DNA of 64,000 nt, taken from Limnochordia bacterium. Lineage in GTDB: Bacteria; Bacillota; Limnochordia; DTU080. Positions 52,263 to 61,677 of this stretch are shown in pieces (the stretch's first letter is position 1; each line of letters starts with the position of its first letter). The notes beneath the pieces were generated by a model. It saw nothing but the letters and a program-made list of their open reading frames with translations. It was not told the DNA's origin and did not search any database. The translations under genes were made by a program, and so were the position numbers. The stretch is taken from assembly GCA_050951545.1 (NCBI GenBank), contig JBMNJG010000009.1, positions 32,001 through 96,000 of the forward strand, read 5' to 3'.

Positions 52263-52839
52263 CTAGCTTGGAAGCAAAGCACTTTCGGCTCCGATAGACG
52301 TGCAAAGCACCAAGGCATAGTCGGCTAGTGGCACCCTAAGCTCACATTTGCCATCCCGCGTCTCATCCTCCATCTGGTAAACACTACCAGGCGCGACCTT
52401 CCGGTGCCAGGACTCAGAAACGAACGTTGTCCGGTTCGTTCCAGATCTCGTAGTGTGTCACGCGATCTCTGAAGAATGCCACTAACGCCTTAACGTAGCT
52501 CACCCATGCCTGTTCAGTTTCCGGATCACCCAGGGGGACTTGGCCCGTGACAATCTGATACCCCTCAGCTGCGGCTGAGGGGTAGATGGGATTACCAAAG
52601 CCAACGCAGAACCAGGGCCGAATGCCATAGGAAAGGAGGCAGTTTACCTGATCATCAAGCCACGTAGAGTCATATTCGCCCATCTGGGGAAAGACGGGTC
52701 TGTAGTCGAATAGGTCCCGATCAAGGGTTTCGCAACCGACACCACACCTGGAGCTCTCTATGCTGAGGCTGTCTCGCGGCCTGAGCACTCCAACGCACTT
52801 TAGTCCAAACTGGTCGCAGATGCCCTTGCTTCCTAACAT
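52263..52839 (-). pseudogene. Internally deleted paralog of the adjacent GH39-like gene
   Basis: N-terminus matches (GVGCETLDRDLFD...YEIWNEPD) and a C-terminal remnant VPLADYALVLC matches LPLADYGLVLC. Confidence 0.8.
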
Positions 52840-52861
52840 GTCGTTCTCCTTCTACGGCTCG

Positions 52862-54286
52862 CTAGGGATGCCGGCTCACTAACAAGACGCTGTCACAAGC
52901 TGCTGGCGCGCAAAGCACCAGCCCATAGTCAGCCAACGGCAGCGTGAAGTCATACCCCGCATCTGTGGCTTCACCATCGACCTCATAGACATTCCCACTA
53001 AGTAGGTCAACTAATAGAGCCTCGCCCCAGTCACCCTCAAGCTGCATTCGTATTGGTTTGTGCACCAACGACTCACCAAAGGTTCCTTCTTGCCAGTAGG
53101 CCACCAGCATATCCCCGATCGTGCTGGCAAAGTGGTAAGCCTTAACGCCCGGCACTTTGTGCCCCCTCGTGGACCCCAGGGACTGCGCGCCCCACCGACG
53201 AAGAACGGGCTGCACGGAACCCGTAAATAGGCTACAGATCCTTTGGTAGGCATAGAACGAAGGTTTTCGGGAAGCGTCGGATCCACGCAATAGGCCCTTG
53301 GGATTCACCATTTTCGGATCACGATAGCCGATCAGATCTATGGCCTGGTGCCACGATACCAAACCGATACCGATGCCTAGATTGCACAGTACATGCCTAC
53401 TCAGCCACTTTGCCTGGATAGTTTCGGACGTCTCGTTGCAGTAAGCACGAGCACCCGCCCCGCTAGGTATGGAAGGGTACCCCGACTCGCCTTGCCAAAG
53501 CTCAATTCGTGGGTTAAACTCCGCTACTGTAGCCTGTAGTCGGCGCACTTCCTCTTCATAGTCGCGATCGGGGGGATAGCCGTAGCTGTGAAAAGTGAGA
53601 ACATCAATGATGCCGGGATCCTTAGTGCTTTGAAAAAACTCCCTGACCCACGCCAAACCTGTGGGGGTTAAGGCCCGGCCCGTCATACCGATGGCCACGA
53701 TCTTGGCCTCTGGGTACACCTCCTTGATGCTGGGTGCTGTGAGATCAAAAAGCCGGGCATAGGTGGCACCAGTGGAGGGGAGGTTACGCCAGAAGGCGGC
53801 AATATCGGGCTCGTTCCAGATTTCGTAGTATGTCACGCGTCCCTTGAAATGCGTAACCAAAGCCTCAACGTAATTCACCCACGCTTGTTCAGTTTCCACG
53901 TCTCCCAAAGGTACCTGCCCTACGGCAGCCTGATAGCCCTCAGCTGCGGCCGTAGTGTAGACAGGATTGCCGTAGCTAACGCAGAACCAGGGCTGAACCC
54001 CATGGGAAATGAGGCTATCCACCTGTTCATCTAACCATGTGAAGTTGTACTCACCTTTGGTTCTCTCGCATTTCGCCCATCCGGTCTGCAAGCGCGCCCA
54101 CTTTACACCCAACTCACCCATCTGGGGAAAGACGGGCCCCGGGTCAAAGAGATCGCGGTCTAGAGTCTCGCAGCCAACACCACATCTGGAACTGTCGATG
54201 CTGAGACTATGGCGCGATTTCAGCACCCCGACACGCCGCAAACCAAACTGGTCACAGAGGCCATTACCATCTAACATTCGATTCAT
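52862..54286 (-). CDS. Clan GH-A glycoside hydrolase (GH39/GH42-like)
   Basis: GVKWARLQTGW..CE...G.Y.F, YEIWNEPD acid/base, FHSY, WQGESG nucleophile. Confidence 0.8.
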   Translation of the reverse strand: MNRMLDGNGLCDQFGLRRVGVLKSRHSLSIDSSRCGVGCETLDRDLFDPGPVFPQMGELGVKWARLQTGWAKCERTKGEYNFTWLDEQVDSLISHGVQPWFCVSYGNPVYTTAAAEGYQAAVGQVPLGDVETEQAWVNYVEALVTHFKGRVTYYEIWNEPDIAAFWRNLPSTGATYARLFDLTAPSIKEVYPEAKIVAIGMTGRALTPTGLAWVREFFQSTKDPGIIDVLTFHSYGYPPDRDYEEEVRRLQATVAEFNPRIELWQGESGYPSIPSGAGARAYCNETSETIQAKWLSRHVLCNLGIGIGLVSWHQAIDLIGYRDPKMVNPKGLLRGSDASRKPSFYAYQRICSLFTGSVQPVLRRWGAQSLGSTRGHKVPGVKAYHFASTIGDMLVAYWQEGTFGESLVHKPIRMQLEGDWGEALLVDLLSGNVYEVDGEATDAGYDFTLPLADYGLVLCAPAACDSVLLVSRHP

Positions 54287-54314
54287 CTACTCCTTCCGCA
54301 TTCCGCTTGTGCTA

Positions 54315-55091
54315 CTACACTTCATCCCTCGTGGAGCGTAACTGCGCCATCACTCCACCATCCACTGTGATGGTACCGCCAGTGATGTAAGCACCGTCGT
54401 CTGAACACAGAAAGACTACGACCCCGGCAACATCGTCTGGTACACCTTCACGCCCTAACGGAACAAACGCCTTGCGCAGTGCGAGTACGTCTGGTGAGAC
54501 GTTATTCCAGCGTCCCGTGCGGATCGCCCCGGGTACCACTGTGTTCACCCTGATCCCCAAAGGCGCAAGCTCCAACGCGAGTGAACGAGTAGCTGCCTCC
54601 AAGGCTCCTTTGCTTGCGTCATAGGCGACTCGCCCACGGTGGCCGCGACGGGCACCGTTTGAACTGATGTTGACGATTACGCCCGCTCGCTCCCTCTGCA
54701 TCATCTGCGCTCCCAGTTGTGCACAAAGCAGGGCAGACGTAACGTTTACTCGGAAAATGGACTCCCAATCCTGTGGCTGCGTGTCTAGGAACGGCCCGCC
54801 CAAACCCAAAGCGGCGGCATTGTTTACCAGAATATCTAGTCGGGCCTCCTGAGACTGCAGTAGCTCAAACATGCTGTACACTTGCTCAAGTTCCGACAGG
54901 TCGGCCCATATTGGCCGACACTGTCCATCCGTCCGAGACGCAAATTCAGCGGCCTTTTGCTGGGCGCTATCAAAAGAGCGTCCATGCGCATACACGGTTA
55001 CACCTTCGCGGAGAAGCCGCTCAGATATGGCCGCACCGATATGACCTGTGGCCCCCGTGACCATGGCCACCTTCCCCGTAAGACCTCTCAT
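54315..55091 (-). CDS. Short-chain dehydrogenase/reductase
   Basis: TGATGHIG, LVNNA, NISS, YDASK, IRVNTVVPG, ITVDGG. Confidence 0.93.
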   Translation of the reverse strand: MRGLTGKVAMVTGATGHIGAAISERLLREGVTVYAHGRSFDSAQQKAAEFASRTDGQCRPIWADLSELEQVYSMFELLQSQEARLDILVNNAAALGLGGPFLDTQPQDWESIFRVNVTSALLCAQLGAQMMQRERAGVIVNISSNGARRGHRGRVAYDASKGALEAATRSLALELAPLGIRVNTVVPGAIRTGRWNNVSPDVLALRKAFVPLGREGVPDDVAGVVVFLCSDDGAYITGGTITVDGGVMAQLRSTRDEV

Positions 55092-55445
55092 TGGTTTTCA
55101 CCGCTACCCACGATACCGGGCCCCCATTCCGCGACGTAGTCCATGACATTTGAGAACTGATGTTGCAGCACCTGTTTGCATCGATACCCCTCGTATGTGC
55201 AATATACCACGAGCAAACCAGGTTTCCTCCCCATGTGACATCCTTTTTTCACCCGTCTTTTTCACTAGTGGCCGCCAATGCTACCTTGGCCGTCACAAAA
55301 GGGTGGAAGGTTGATTGCTTTCATTGCACGGCTGTTTCTCTTGCTGACGCCGAGCGTTTGCTTGGTTATGTGCATTGCAGGACAGTGCATCGCCCATGCA
55401 GAAAAACCTAAGCGACAATAGCTATTCACGAGGTGACACATCGGC

Positions 55446-56477
55446 GTGACCCGCTATACCCTGCGTGAGATAAGTGACAAAGCTGGTGTTTCCATTAGCA
55501 CCGTCTCCCGAGTACTTTCTGGCAAGAGCCTTGTCAGCGATGATTCGCGACTCAAGGTGCATACTGCAATTGAGGAATTGCGCAAGGAAACACAGCTTAG
55601 CGTACCTAGCCCGCTTACGGGTGGACTCATCGGCTTTTTCATACCAGCCCCTATGAGCTACATCCCCACCCAGACCTTGGTGAATCAAACGCTCACCGAG
55701 GCGATTCGTGAGCACGCACAGCGGCACGGGTGCAACCTCGTATTTGGTACATGGAGTGCGGGAAGTGGCCCCAACACACCAGGCGACCAACTCCTACGGG
55801 AAAACCGCCTGTCAGGAGCCATCTTTGCTCGTACCCGAGTGGGCGACGAGCAACGCCTGTGTCAACCTGAACTCGGATTCGAGCTTCCCATAGTGATGAT
55901 TAACCGAATGGTGCAGGCTGAGGGCTTGATGTGTGTCGGTGTGAAGCATGAAATGGTGGGCAGGATAGCCGCCAGACACCTACTGGACTTGGGGCATACT
56001 GCCATTGGATTGATCGGCGGTCCGCAAGACACGCAGTCCTTTGCTGGTAGAGCCCGCGGCTTTCGCGATGAGCTGCAGCAAGCGCACATGGAGCCTCGAT
56101 CGGACTGGATTGTGACCCCTAACCTGGACCCGGATGCTGTGCGCGAAGCAGTGGGGCCCATACTAGATGCGAAAAAGAGACCCACCGCGATTTGCGCGGG
56201 TAATGACCGGATGGCCTTAGTGGTGTTGCAGGAGGCGCAAAAACGCGGTATCTCGATACCCGGGGAGCTTTCGGTCATTGGGGTTGACGGTTTGATCGAA
56301 GGCGAACTCGCCGTACCAGCGCTCACCACAATCGCCATGCCCTGGGCAACCATGGGCCGATTGGCCGTAGACCTGATCGCTCAAAGCGTTCTGTGTCCCG
56401 AGATCAGTGGTGCCACGGTAACCCTTGATGTCTCACTGCTCATTCGCGAGTCAACAGCCCGCCCCAGAGGTGAGTGA
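55446..56477 (+). CDS. LacI family transcriptional regulator
   Basis: TLREISDKAGVSISTVSRVL, HLLDLGH, PTAI..GND.MA, LSVIGVD, LTTI, IRES. Confidence 0.93.
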   Translation: MTRYTLREISDKAGVSISTVSRVLSGKSLVSDDSRLKVHTAIEELRKETQLSVPSPLTGGLIGFFIPAPMSYIPTQTLVNQTLTEAIREHAQRHGCNLVFGTWSAGSGPNTPGDQLLRENRLSGAIFARTRVGDEQRLCQPELGFELPIVMINRMVQAEGLMCVGVKHEMVGRIAARHLLDLGHTAIGLIGGPQDTQSFAGRARGFRDELQQAHMEPRSDWIVTPNLDPDAVREAVGPILDAKKRPTAICAGNDRMALVVLQEAQKRGISIPGELSVIGVDGLIEGELAVPALTTIAMPWATMGRLAVDLIAQSVLCPEISGATVTLDVSLLIRESTARPRGE

Positions 56478-56480
56478 CAA

Positions 56481-57674
56481 ATGAATAGCACGTCTTTTTC
56501 CATCTGGTGCCATGCTCATGATCTGTTGGATGAAGGCCCCGCTGAAACGCTCACGCGGTTGGAGGCGACGGGACTCAACACTCTGGGGGTCGCGGCTTCC
56601 TACCACGCAGGGAGGTTCCTGTCACCACATAATCCCAAGCGTAAGGTAGTGCCACTCGAAGGTGGGGTCGTCTATTTCCGACCAAAAGTGGAACGCTATC
56701 CCCAACAGCTGAAACCGGTCCCCTCATCGCTTTGCACAGACATGGATCCGTTCAGCGTGATTTCTTCCGTCGCTAGCCGTCATGGTTTTCGCATGCACGC
56801 TTGGCTGGTATGCCTTCACAATAGCCGTCTCGGGGCGAGCCAGCCATCCCTCACCATCGAGAATGCCTTTGGTGACCGCTATCTTCATGGGCTTTGCCCG
56901 AGCCAAAGTGCGGTACGGGACTTCGCCGTCGCTTTGTCCTGCGACGCGGCACGCTACCCAGTTCAGGCTCTGGACCTGGAGGCTCTGGCGTTCATGGGCT
57001 ACGAGCATGCCTATCATCATGAAAAACGGGGCTTCGCAACCACGCGTTTGGATGCATTCCTTCTCTCGCTATGCTTCTGCCCATCCTGCCGCTCCGTGAT
57101 CTCTCAGCGGGGAATCGATGTGGATGCATGCAGAATGAAAGTCCGATCCTACATAGAAAAGCGCTTCGCGGGCAAGGTACAAGCTCCGCCAATCGACAAT
57201 GACGCACAACTACTGGATGCCTTCGAGGAGGTTCTTGGGGATGAAGGCCTCGAGATACTCTACGCCCGTGAAAACACGATTATCACGCTTACGCAAGCAG
57301 TGAGAGCTGCCGTAAGGCCGGACGTAGAGCTTGTCTTGCGCACATCCTTCTCGCCTTTCTTTACTGGCGGCAAAAGTGCACTTCGGCCGCAAGCCGCCCG
57401 CAAAAGCGGAGTGCCTCTCATGTTCACCTTCTTTGGGGCGAACCCGGATCGCATCGGCCCCGCCGCACAAGAAATCCAACGCGAGTGCGGAAGCCAAAGA
57501 CTGCATGCCGGAATCATGGCTTGCGCCCCTGATACCGAAAATGGCCCTCAGCTGCTGGACCGTTACCGAGCCCTGGGGCAGGGGTGGGATGGCATCCATT
57601 TCTATCACTACGGACTCATGCCACTCACAGGTCTTGACTGGATAGCTGAGGCACTCAGGGACAGTCAAGGATGA
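56481..57674 (+). CDS. Putative glycoside-hydrolase-like TIM-barrel protein
   Basis: AASYHAGRF, HAWLVCLHN, NAFGD...LCPS, LCFCPSC, YHYGL. Confidence 0.6.
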   Translation: MNSTSFSIWCHAHDLLDEGPAETLTRLEATGLNTLGVAASYHAGRFLSPHNPKRKVVPLEGGVVYFRPKVERYPQQLKPVPSSLCTDMDPFSVISSVASRHGFRMHAWLVCLHNSRLGASQPSLTIENAFGDRYLHGLCPSQSAVRDFAVALSCDAARYPVQALDLEALAFMGYEHAYHHEKRGFATTRLDAFLLSLCFCPSCRSVISQRGIDVDACRMKVRSYIEKRFAGKVQAPPIDNDAQLLDAFEEVLGDEGLEILYARENTIITLTQAVRAAVRPDVELVLRTSFSPFFTGGKSALRPQAARKSGVPLMFTFFGANPDRIGPAAQEIQRECGSQRLHAGIMACAPDTENGPQLLDRYRALGQGWDGIHFYHYGLMPLTGLDWIAEALRDSQG

Positions 57675-57745
57675 GGCACCCATGCTCATCATAGGATGGG
57701 CTGAGCGCCTACAGATGCCGTAGTGGCCGTGGAGTGAACCGATGC

Positions 57746-59488
57746 TCACTCGCAGTCGGCGGTTAGTGCTATGATGAAACCAGCCACCTGACGGCGCATT
57801 TCCTGAAGCGAACCCAACGTATGCTCTGCATTGAGGGCCCTGACGATACCACCATTTAGTCCGCGCGGTCCTGGCAAAGGTTGCTTCGGCCACCAGTCAT
57901 CCTTGAGCGCCTCAAGGAAGATCTCAGCCTCCCTTACGACCTCAGGTCTGTTGTCTCTTTGCTCGTCTATCACCTGTTCCAGGGTAGCCAGATACCGTAG
58001 GTCGTCACCGCCCTCACGGTAGGTTTCCCAATGCCGCGTGGATAGAAGACTCCCATCCCTTGGGTCGATGAAGGCCATACCCATTGTCCCAGACGTGCCG
58101 ACCGTGTCATCAAACAGATCTCCCTGCGGTTCCGAGTATGCCCAGAAGCCGTGTGTTTCGTATGGTGATAGCCACAAATAGATACCGTTGATGATACGCA
58201 TCCAACGAGGATCCATCTCCACTTCCGAGGCATTGTAGTACATCCAGAGGCGATCTCCTTCGGGATTCATGTACTTGGCGAGATCGTCAAACGTCCGGCC
58301 CATTGCCAGCCAGGCATCAGTAGCTGCCCCATGGTAGTTACGTATATGAACTAGAGGGTCGACCCATTGCATCAATGCTTCATCTTCGTGGGGATAGAAA
58401 GTGTTATAGAACTTCAGGGCCTCGATTTCCACCGCAGGGCGGGTCAAGAGCTCGTATCTGTCGCGTTTTTCCTTTTTGAAAATCTCATCGAGATGCTGGA
58501 GCACGATTTCTACACCGAGTTCTTCCTCCAACTCCACAAGGGCTGTGCCAAGATCCTTGAGCGCGCGTCGATAAAGCTCCAACTGTTGCGGTTCTGGCAG
58601 CAGACCACCCAACCGATCCCACAATGCGGGCAGACCACTGTCTACTATGTAAGGCTCTTCAAAACCATACTCGCGCATCTCCTTTATCACGGTACGCACA
58701 TCACGAAAATCCGGCACAAACCGGAACTCACCGCCGAGTGGTCTGATCCGGTATGTTATCCTCGCCCTGACGATAGCATGCCGTAGCCCATGATCTCTCA
58801 TATCCTGAAAGTCTCGTTGCCTCTGCTCCGGAGAGCGCTCTCCATAGTTTCTGTAGTATATGCTAAGACGCTTCTCGCTGTCGCGAAAGGAGAATGGTAG
58901 GATCTCCACTCGGATGGGTAGACGGAGTTCGCCATGAGGGGGAGCAGTAACGCTGACATGACCTAGGTACTCCCCTGCACTGGCGCTCTCCGGCACCTTG
59001 ACAGTCAGCCAGATCTGTTTCATCTGCCCTTCGCGCAAGTTGAATGGTTGATACATTTCGAGAAAGAAGGCGTCTGGCACAAGGTTTTCTGCAAGGGGGG
59101 CGGCCGAGTAACGCCAACGGCGTGACATCCAGCGAACGCAGCGCATTTCGATATTGCCAACCGGAATCGTTTCCCCTGACGAACAACACAGATCAGTCAC
59201 CCGCACCTCAACCCGCTCCAGATTCTGCTGTGCGTAGATGACGAAACTCAGCGGTTCGTACTCGCCCGGTGTGACAAAGACAGACAGGCGATTGGATGCT
59301 GATTGCGGTAAACGGTCCGGTGTTACGTTTTCCATGTAGTCAATGGCCATCAGATTGTAGGGTTGCGGCGGCAGTGAGAAGCTGTACGCCTCAAGTGTAT
59401 TATCAGCAGCCCGAACTTCTGACGATACAAAGAGAGCAAAGACTAAAAGGCAGATGGTCGATACGCTGAGCCTTCGCCAGTCATTCAC
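57746..59488 (-). CDS. Secreted putative glycoside hydrolase (GH123/DUF4091-like)
   Basis: Signal peptide, PGEYEPLSF, IWLTVKVP...AG.Y.G, DE, WE..REG.DD.RY. Confidence 0.6.
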   Translation of the reverse strand: MNDWRRLSVSTICLLVFALFVSSEVRAADNTLEAYSFSLPPQPYNLMAIDYMENVTPDRLPQSASNRLSVFVTPGEYEPLSFVIYAQQNLERVEVRVTDLCCSSGETIPVGNIEMRCVRWMSRRWRYSAAPLAENLVPDAFFLEMYQPFNLREGQMKQIWLTVKVPESASAGEYLGHVSVTAPPHGELRLPIRVEILPFSFRDSEKRLSIYYRNYGERSPEQRQRDFQDMRDHGLRHAIVRARITYRIRPLGGEFRFVPDFRDVRTVIKEMREYGFEEPYIVDSGLPALWDRLGGLLPEPQQLELYRRALKDLGTALVELEEELGVEIVLQHLDEIFKKEKRDRYELLTRPAVEIEALKFYNTFYPHEDEALMQWVDPLVHIRNYHGAATDAWLAMGRTFDDLAKYMNPEGDRLWMYYNASEVEMDPRWMRIINGIYLWLSPYETHGFWAYSEPQGDLFDDTVGTSGTMGMAFIDPRDGSLLSTRHWETYREGGDDLRYLATLEQVIDEQRDNRPEVVREAEIFLEALKDDWWPKQPLPGPRGLNGGIVRALNAEHTLGSLQEMRRQVAGFIIALTADCE

Positions 59489-59705
59489 TGCAATACCCCC
59501 CATAGACACCTGATACTTCCTCGGGACGTTTGCAGACGCGTCGGATCCAGATTTGTGATCCAACTTGTCGCCACCTTATGCCTTGACGCTATGGCCACCT
59601 GACCGCGCGGTTCTTTCTGAGGCCGCGGGGCGTCTGCGACACGATGGCAATCACACCCCGGGTCCTCCTCCGGGCTTTGCCATATCTAGCAGAGTGACTC
59701 GCCCT

Positions 59706-61652
59706 CTACTGCACCAAAATCAGAGCATACACCGCAAACGGTGGGATCTCCACGCTGCGCAAGCCATCCTCCGTCTGTATCTCAAGCGATTCCTCAGGTC
59801 CATCGGGCGTAAGCATGTGCGCTGCTGCACCTCGAGCGAGGTGCAAGCGCAAGTTGGCTGCCTTCTGCGATGCCGCGTAGTTGACCAAATGAATAGCTAG
59901 CCCGCCAGAGGGCAGCTCCCAGGCGTTGACAGTGACCTCTGTGCTGCCAGACAGGCGAACGATCAACCTCTCTTTGCCGGCTTCCGCTACTGCAGCAGCA
60001 ATCTGCTGCCAGCCTTCAGGCAGGGGCACGCGCACTGTGTAACCAGCCTCTACATCCGTCTCAGCAAGGTGACCGGCAAGGCGAATCACCGCATCGTCAG
60101 CTATGCCTGCGAAGGGATCCTCTGGTCGTTCAAACCCGTGCTCATCACGATAGCCATTTTCGCCGATCAGTACGACTGCTTTTCCATGCTCCGCAAAAGA
60201 GCGAATGGCTACGCACTCCTGATCACTGAGGTGAGACTGTCCGGCCACCACCAATACAGCGAAGTCCTCAAGTTCACTGAGGTCATCCGTGAAGAGCACT
60301 TCCCAGGAGAAACCCCCGCGCAACAGCGCCTCCTCAGTACCAAATAGGGATTCCATTGTCTGGCCTGTGTCGTAGACCTCAGAGCCGAAAGAGTGGAGCA
60401 CAGCCACGTCGTTGACGGGGCGAGCGCCTTGCAGCTTCGCCTCGTTGGCTCGTACAAACCCCTGGTAATGCTGTAGAGCTTGCTGCAGGTCGGGCCTATC
60501 GATACGCATGCGGTCGCCGCCATCGCCCATGGGACGCAAAGCCCAGTTGTTTCCCGGAATACCACCATTGGCAGCCGCCTCAGCTATCTGTAGCCCTATG
60601 GCCTCTGCCGTTTCGGGCAGACCCAAACTGCTTTCCCGCCCTCTCTGCCAGGTAGTGGAGACCACACGATAACCTGCAGCCGCGCCGTGCTTGTAGGCAC
60701 GCACTTGCGAGATCAGCAGATCGTTGTCCATGTCCATACCTGGGAACTGGCCGTTCTCAGCAAACAGCAGGTCTAGATGCTTTCCTATGAGGGGCACCCA
60801 CACGCTCAGGTCATGTGCAGCGTGGGGATTACGCGGGTAAGCCGGATTCCCCAGCAAGATCACGTCGGGGCGCACAGAGCGCGCATAATCCGCCAGCTCG
60901 CCCAGGTAATCGGCTAGTGACTCACAGCGGAAGCGTACCCAAGCCTGGATAAGGGGATCATTGATGCGCGTCGGCGATCGCCTATCGGGCGGCTGACGTA
61001 CATGCTCAACGGTAGCCAAGCCAAAACGCCCTCTGGGTGAAGGGTACCGGGCAGTCAACCACTCCCTGAAGGCCGCCTCGCATACGTTGCAGTAGCAGGG
61101 CTCAGCATAGCAGTTATCAAAGTGTAGGCCGTCAAGCCCCACCTCCTCCAACCCGACCCGTATCGCCCGCTTCATGTATTCGCGGAAATCCTGGTTCAGA
61201 ATGCATGGTGCCCAGCGGTAGTAGGCAGCACCCCACGTTCGCGGCTGACCCAAGGGGTCGCGCTGCGCCCATGCGACAGCACCCGGCTCCTCGGCAAGTA
61301 ACGACTCGTAGTATAGCGAGCGGGATTGGCAATAGCCCAACACCCGTACCCCGTGCTGATGCGCCAAACGGACCAAGGCCGCTGTACGCTCGTGCTCAGC
61401 ATGCTCGTGTTGCAGACCAAAACCCTTGAAGAAGTGCGTGATGGCCATGTTCACCCCCAGGCTGGCCATAAGCGCCATGAGCTCTTCGGAATGCAACCTG
61501 TCGTACCATTGGTTCAGCCAAGGCGCTCTTCCATCCACTGCCCCCGCATTACGAGCTAGCCGTCGATAATGGTCCAACGGCTCCCAACCCCACCATGACC
61601 AGTACAAAGGACTGTCGGCCACTTTCGCTACCTTCGATCTCTGCTCGATCAC
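59706..61652 (-). CDS. Putative glycoside hydrolase with beta-galactosidase trimerisation-like domain
   Basis: THFFKGFG, GVRVLGY, DGLHFDN, CYC..C...FR, LSDQE..AI..F, HLVNY; GTG start. Confidence 0.7.
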   Translation of the reverse strand: MIEQRSKVAKVADSPLYWSWWGWEPLDHYRRLARNAGAVDGRAPWLNQWYDRLHSEELMALMASLGVNMAITHFFKGFGLQHEHAEHERTAALVRLAHQHGVRVLGYCQSRSLYYESLLAEEPGAVAWAQRDPLGQPRTWGAAYYRWAPCILNQDFREYMKRAIRVGLEEVGLDGLHFDNCYAEPCYCNVCEAAFREWLTARYPSPRGRFGLATVEHVRQPPDRRSPTRINDPLIQAWVRFRCESLADYLGELADYARSVRPDVILLGNPAYPRNPHAAHDLSVWVPLIGKHLDLLFAENGQFPGMDMDNDLLISQVRAYKHGAAAGYRVVSTTWQRGRESSLGLPETAEAIGLQIAEAAANGGIPGNNWALRPMGDGGDRMRIDRPDLQQALQHYQGFVRANEAKLQGARPVNDVAVLHSFGSEVYDTGQTMESLFGTEEALLRGGFSWEVLFTDDLSELEDFAVLVVAGQSHLSDQECVAIRSFAEHGKAVVLIGENGYRDEHGFERPEDPFAGIADDAVIRLAGHLAETDVEAGYTVRVPLPEGWQQIAAAVAEAGKERLIVRLSGSTEVTVNAWELPSGGLAIHLVNYAASQKAANLRLHLARGAAAHMLTPDGPEESLEIQTEDGLRSVEIPPFAVYALILVQ

Positions 61653-61677
61653 TGAACACCGCTCCCTTTCTTTTCCA

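Noticed and set aside
55140-55440. LacI operator
   Set aside because: Several TGCA words are present but no convincing LacI-type palindrome could be fixed by eye.
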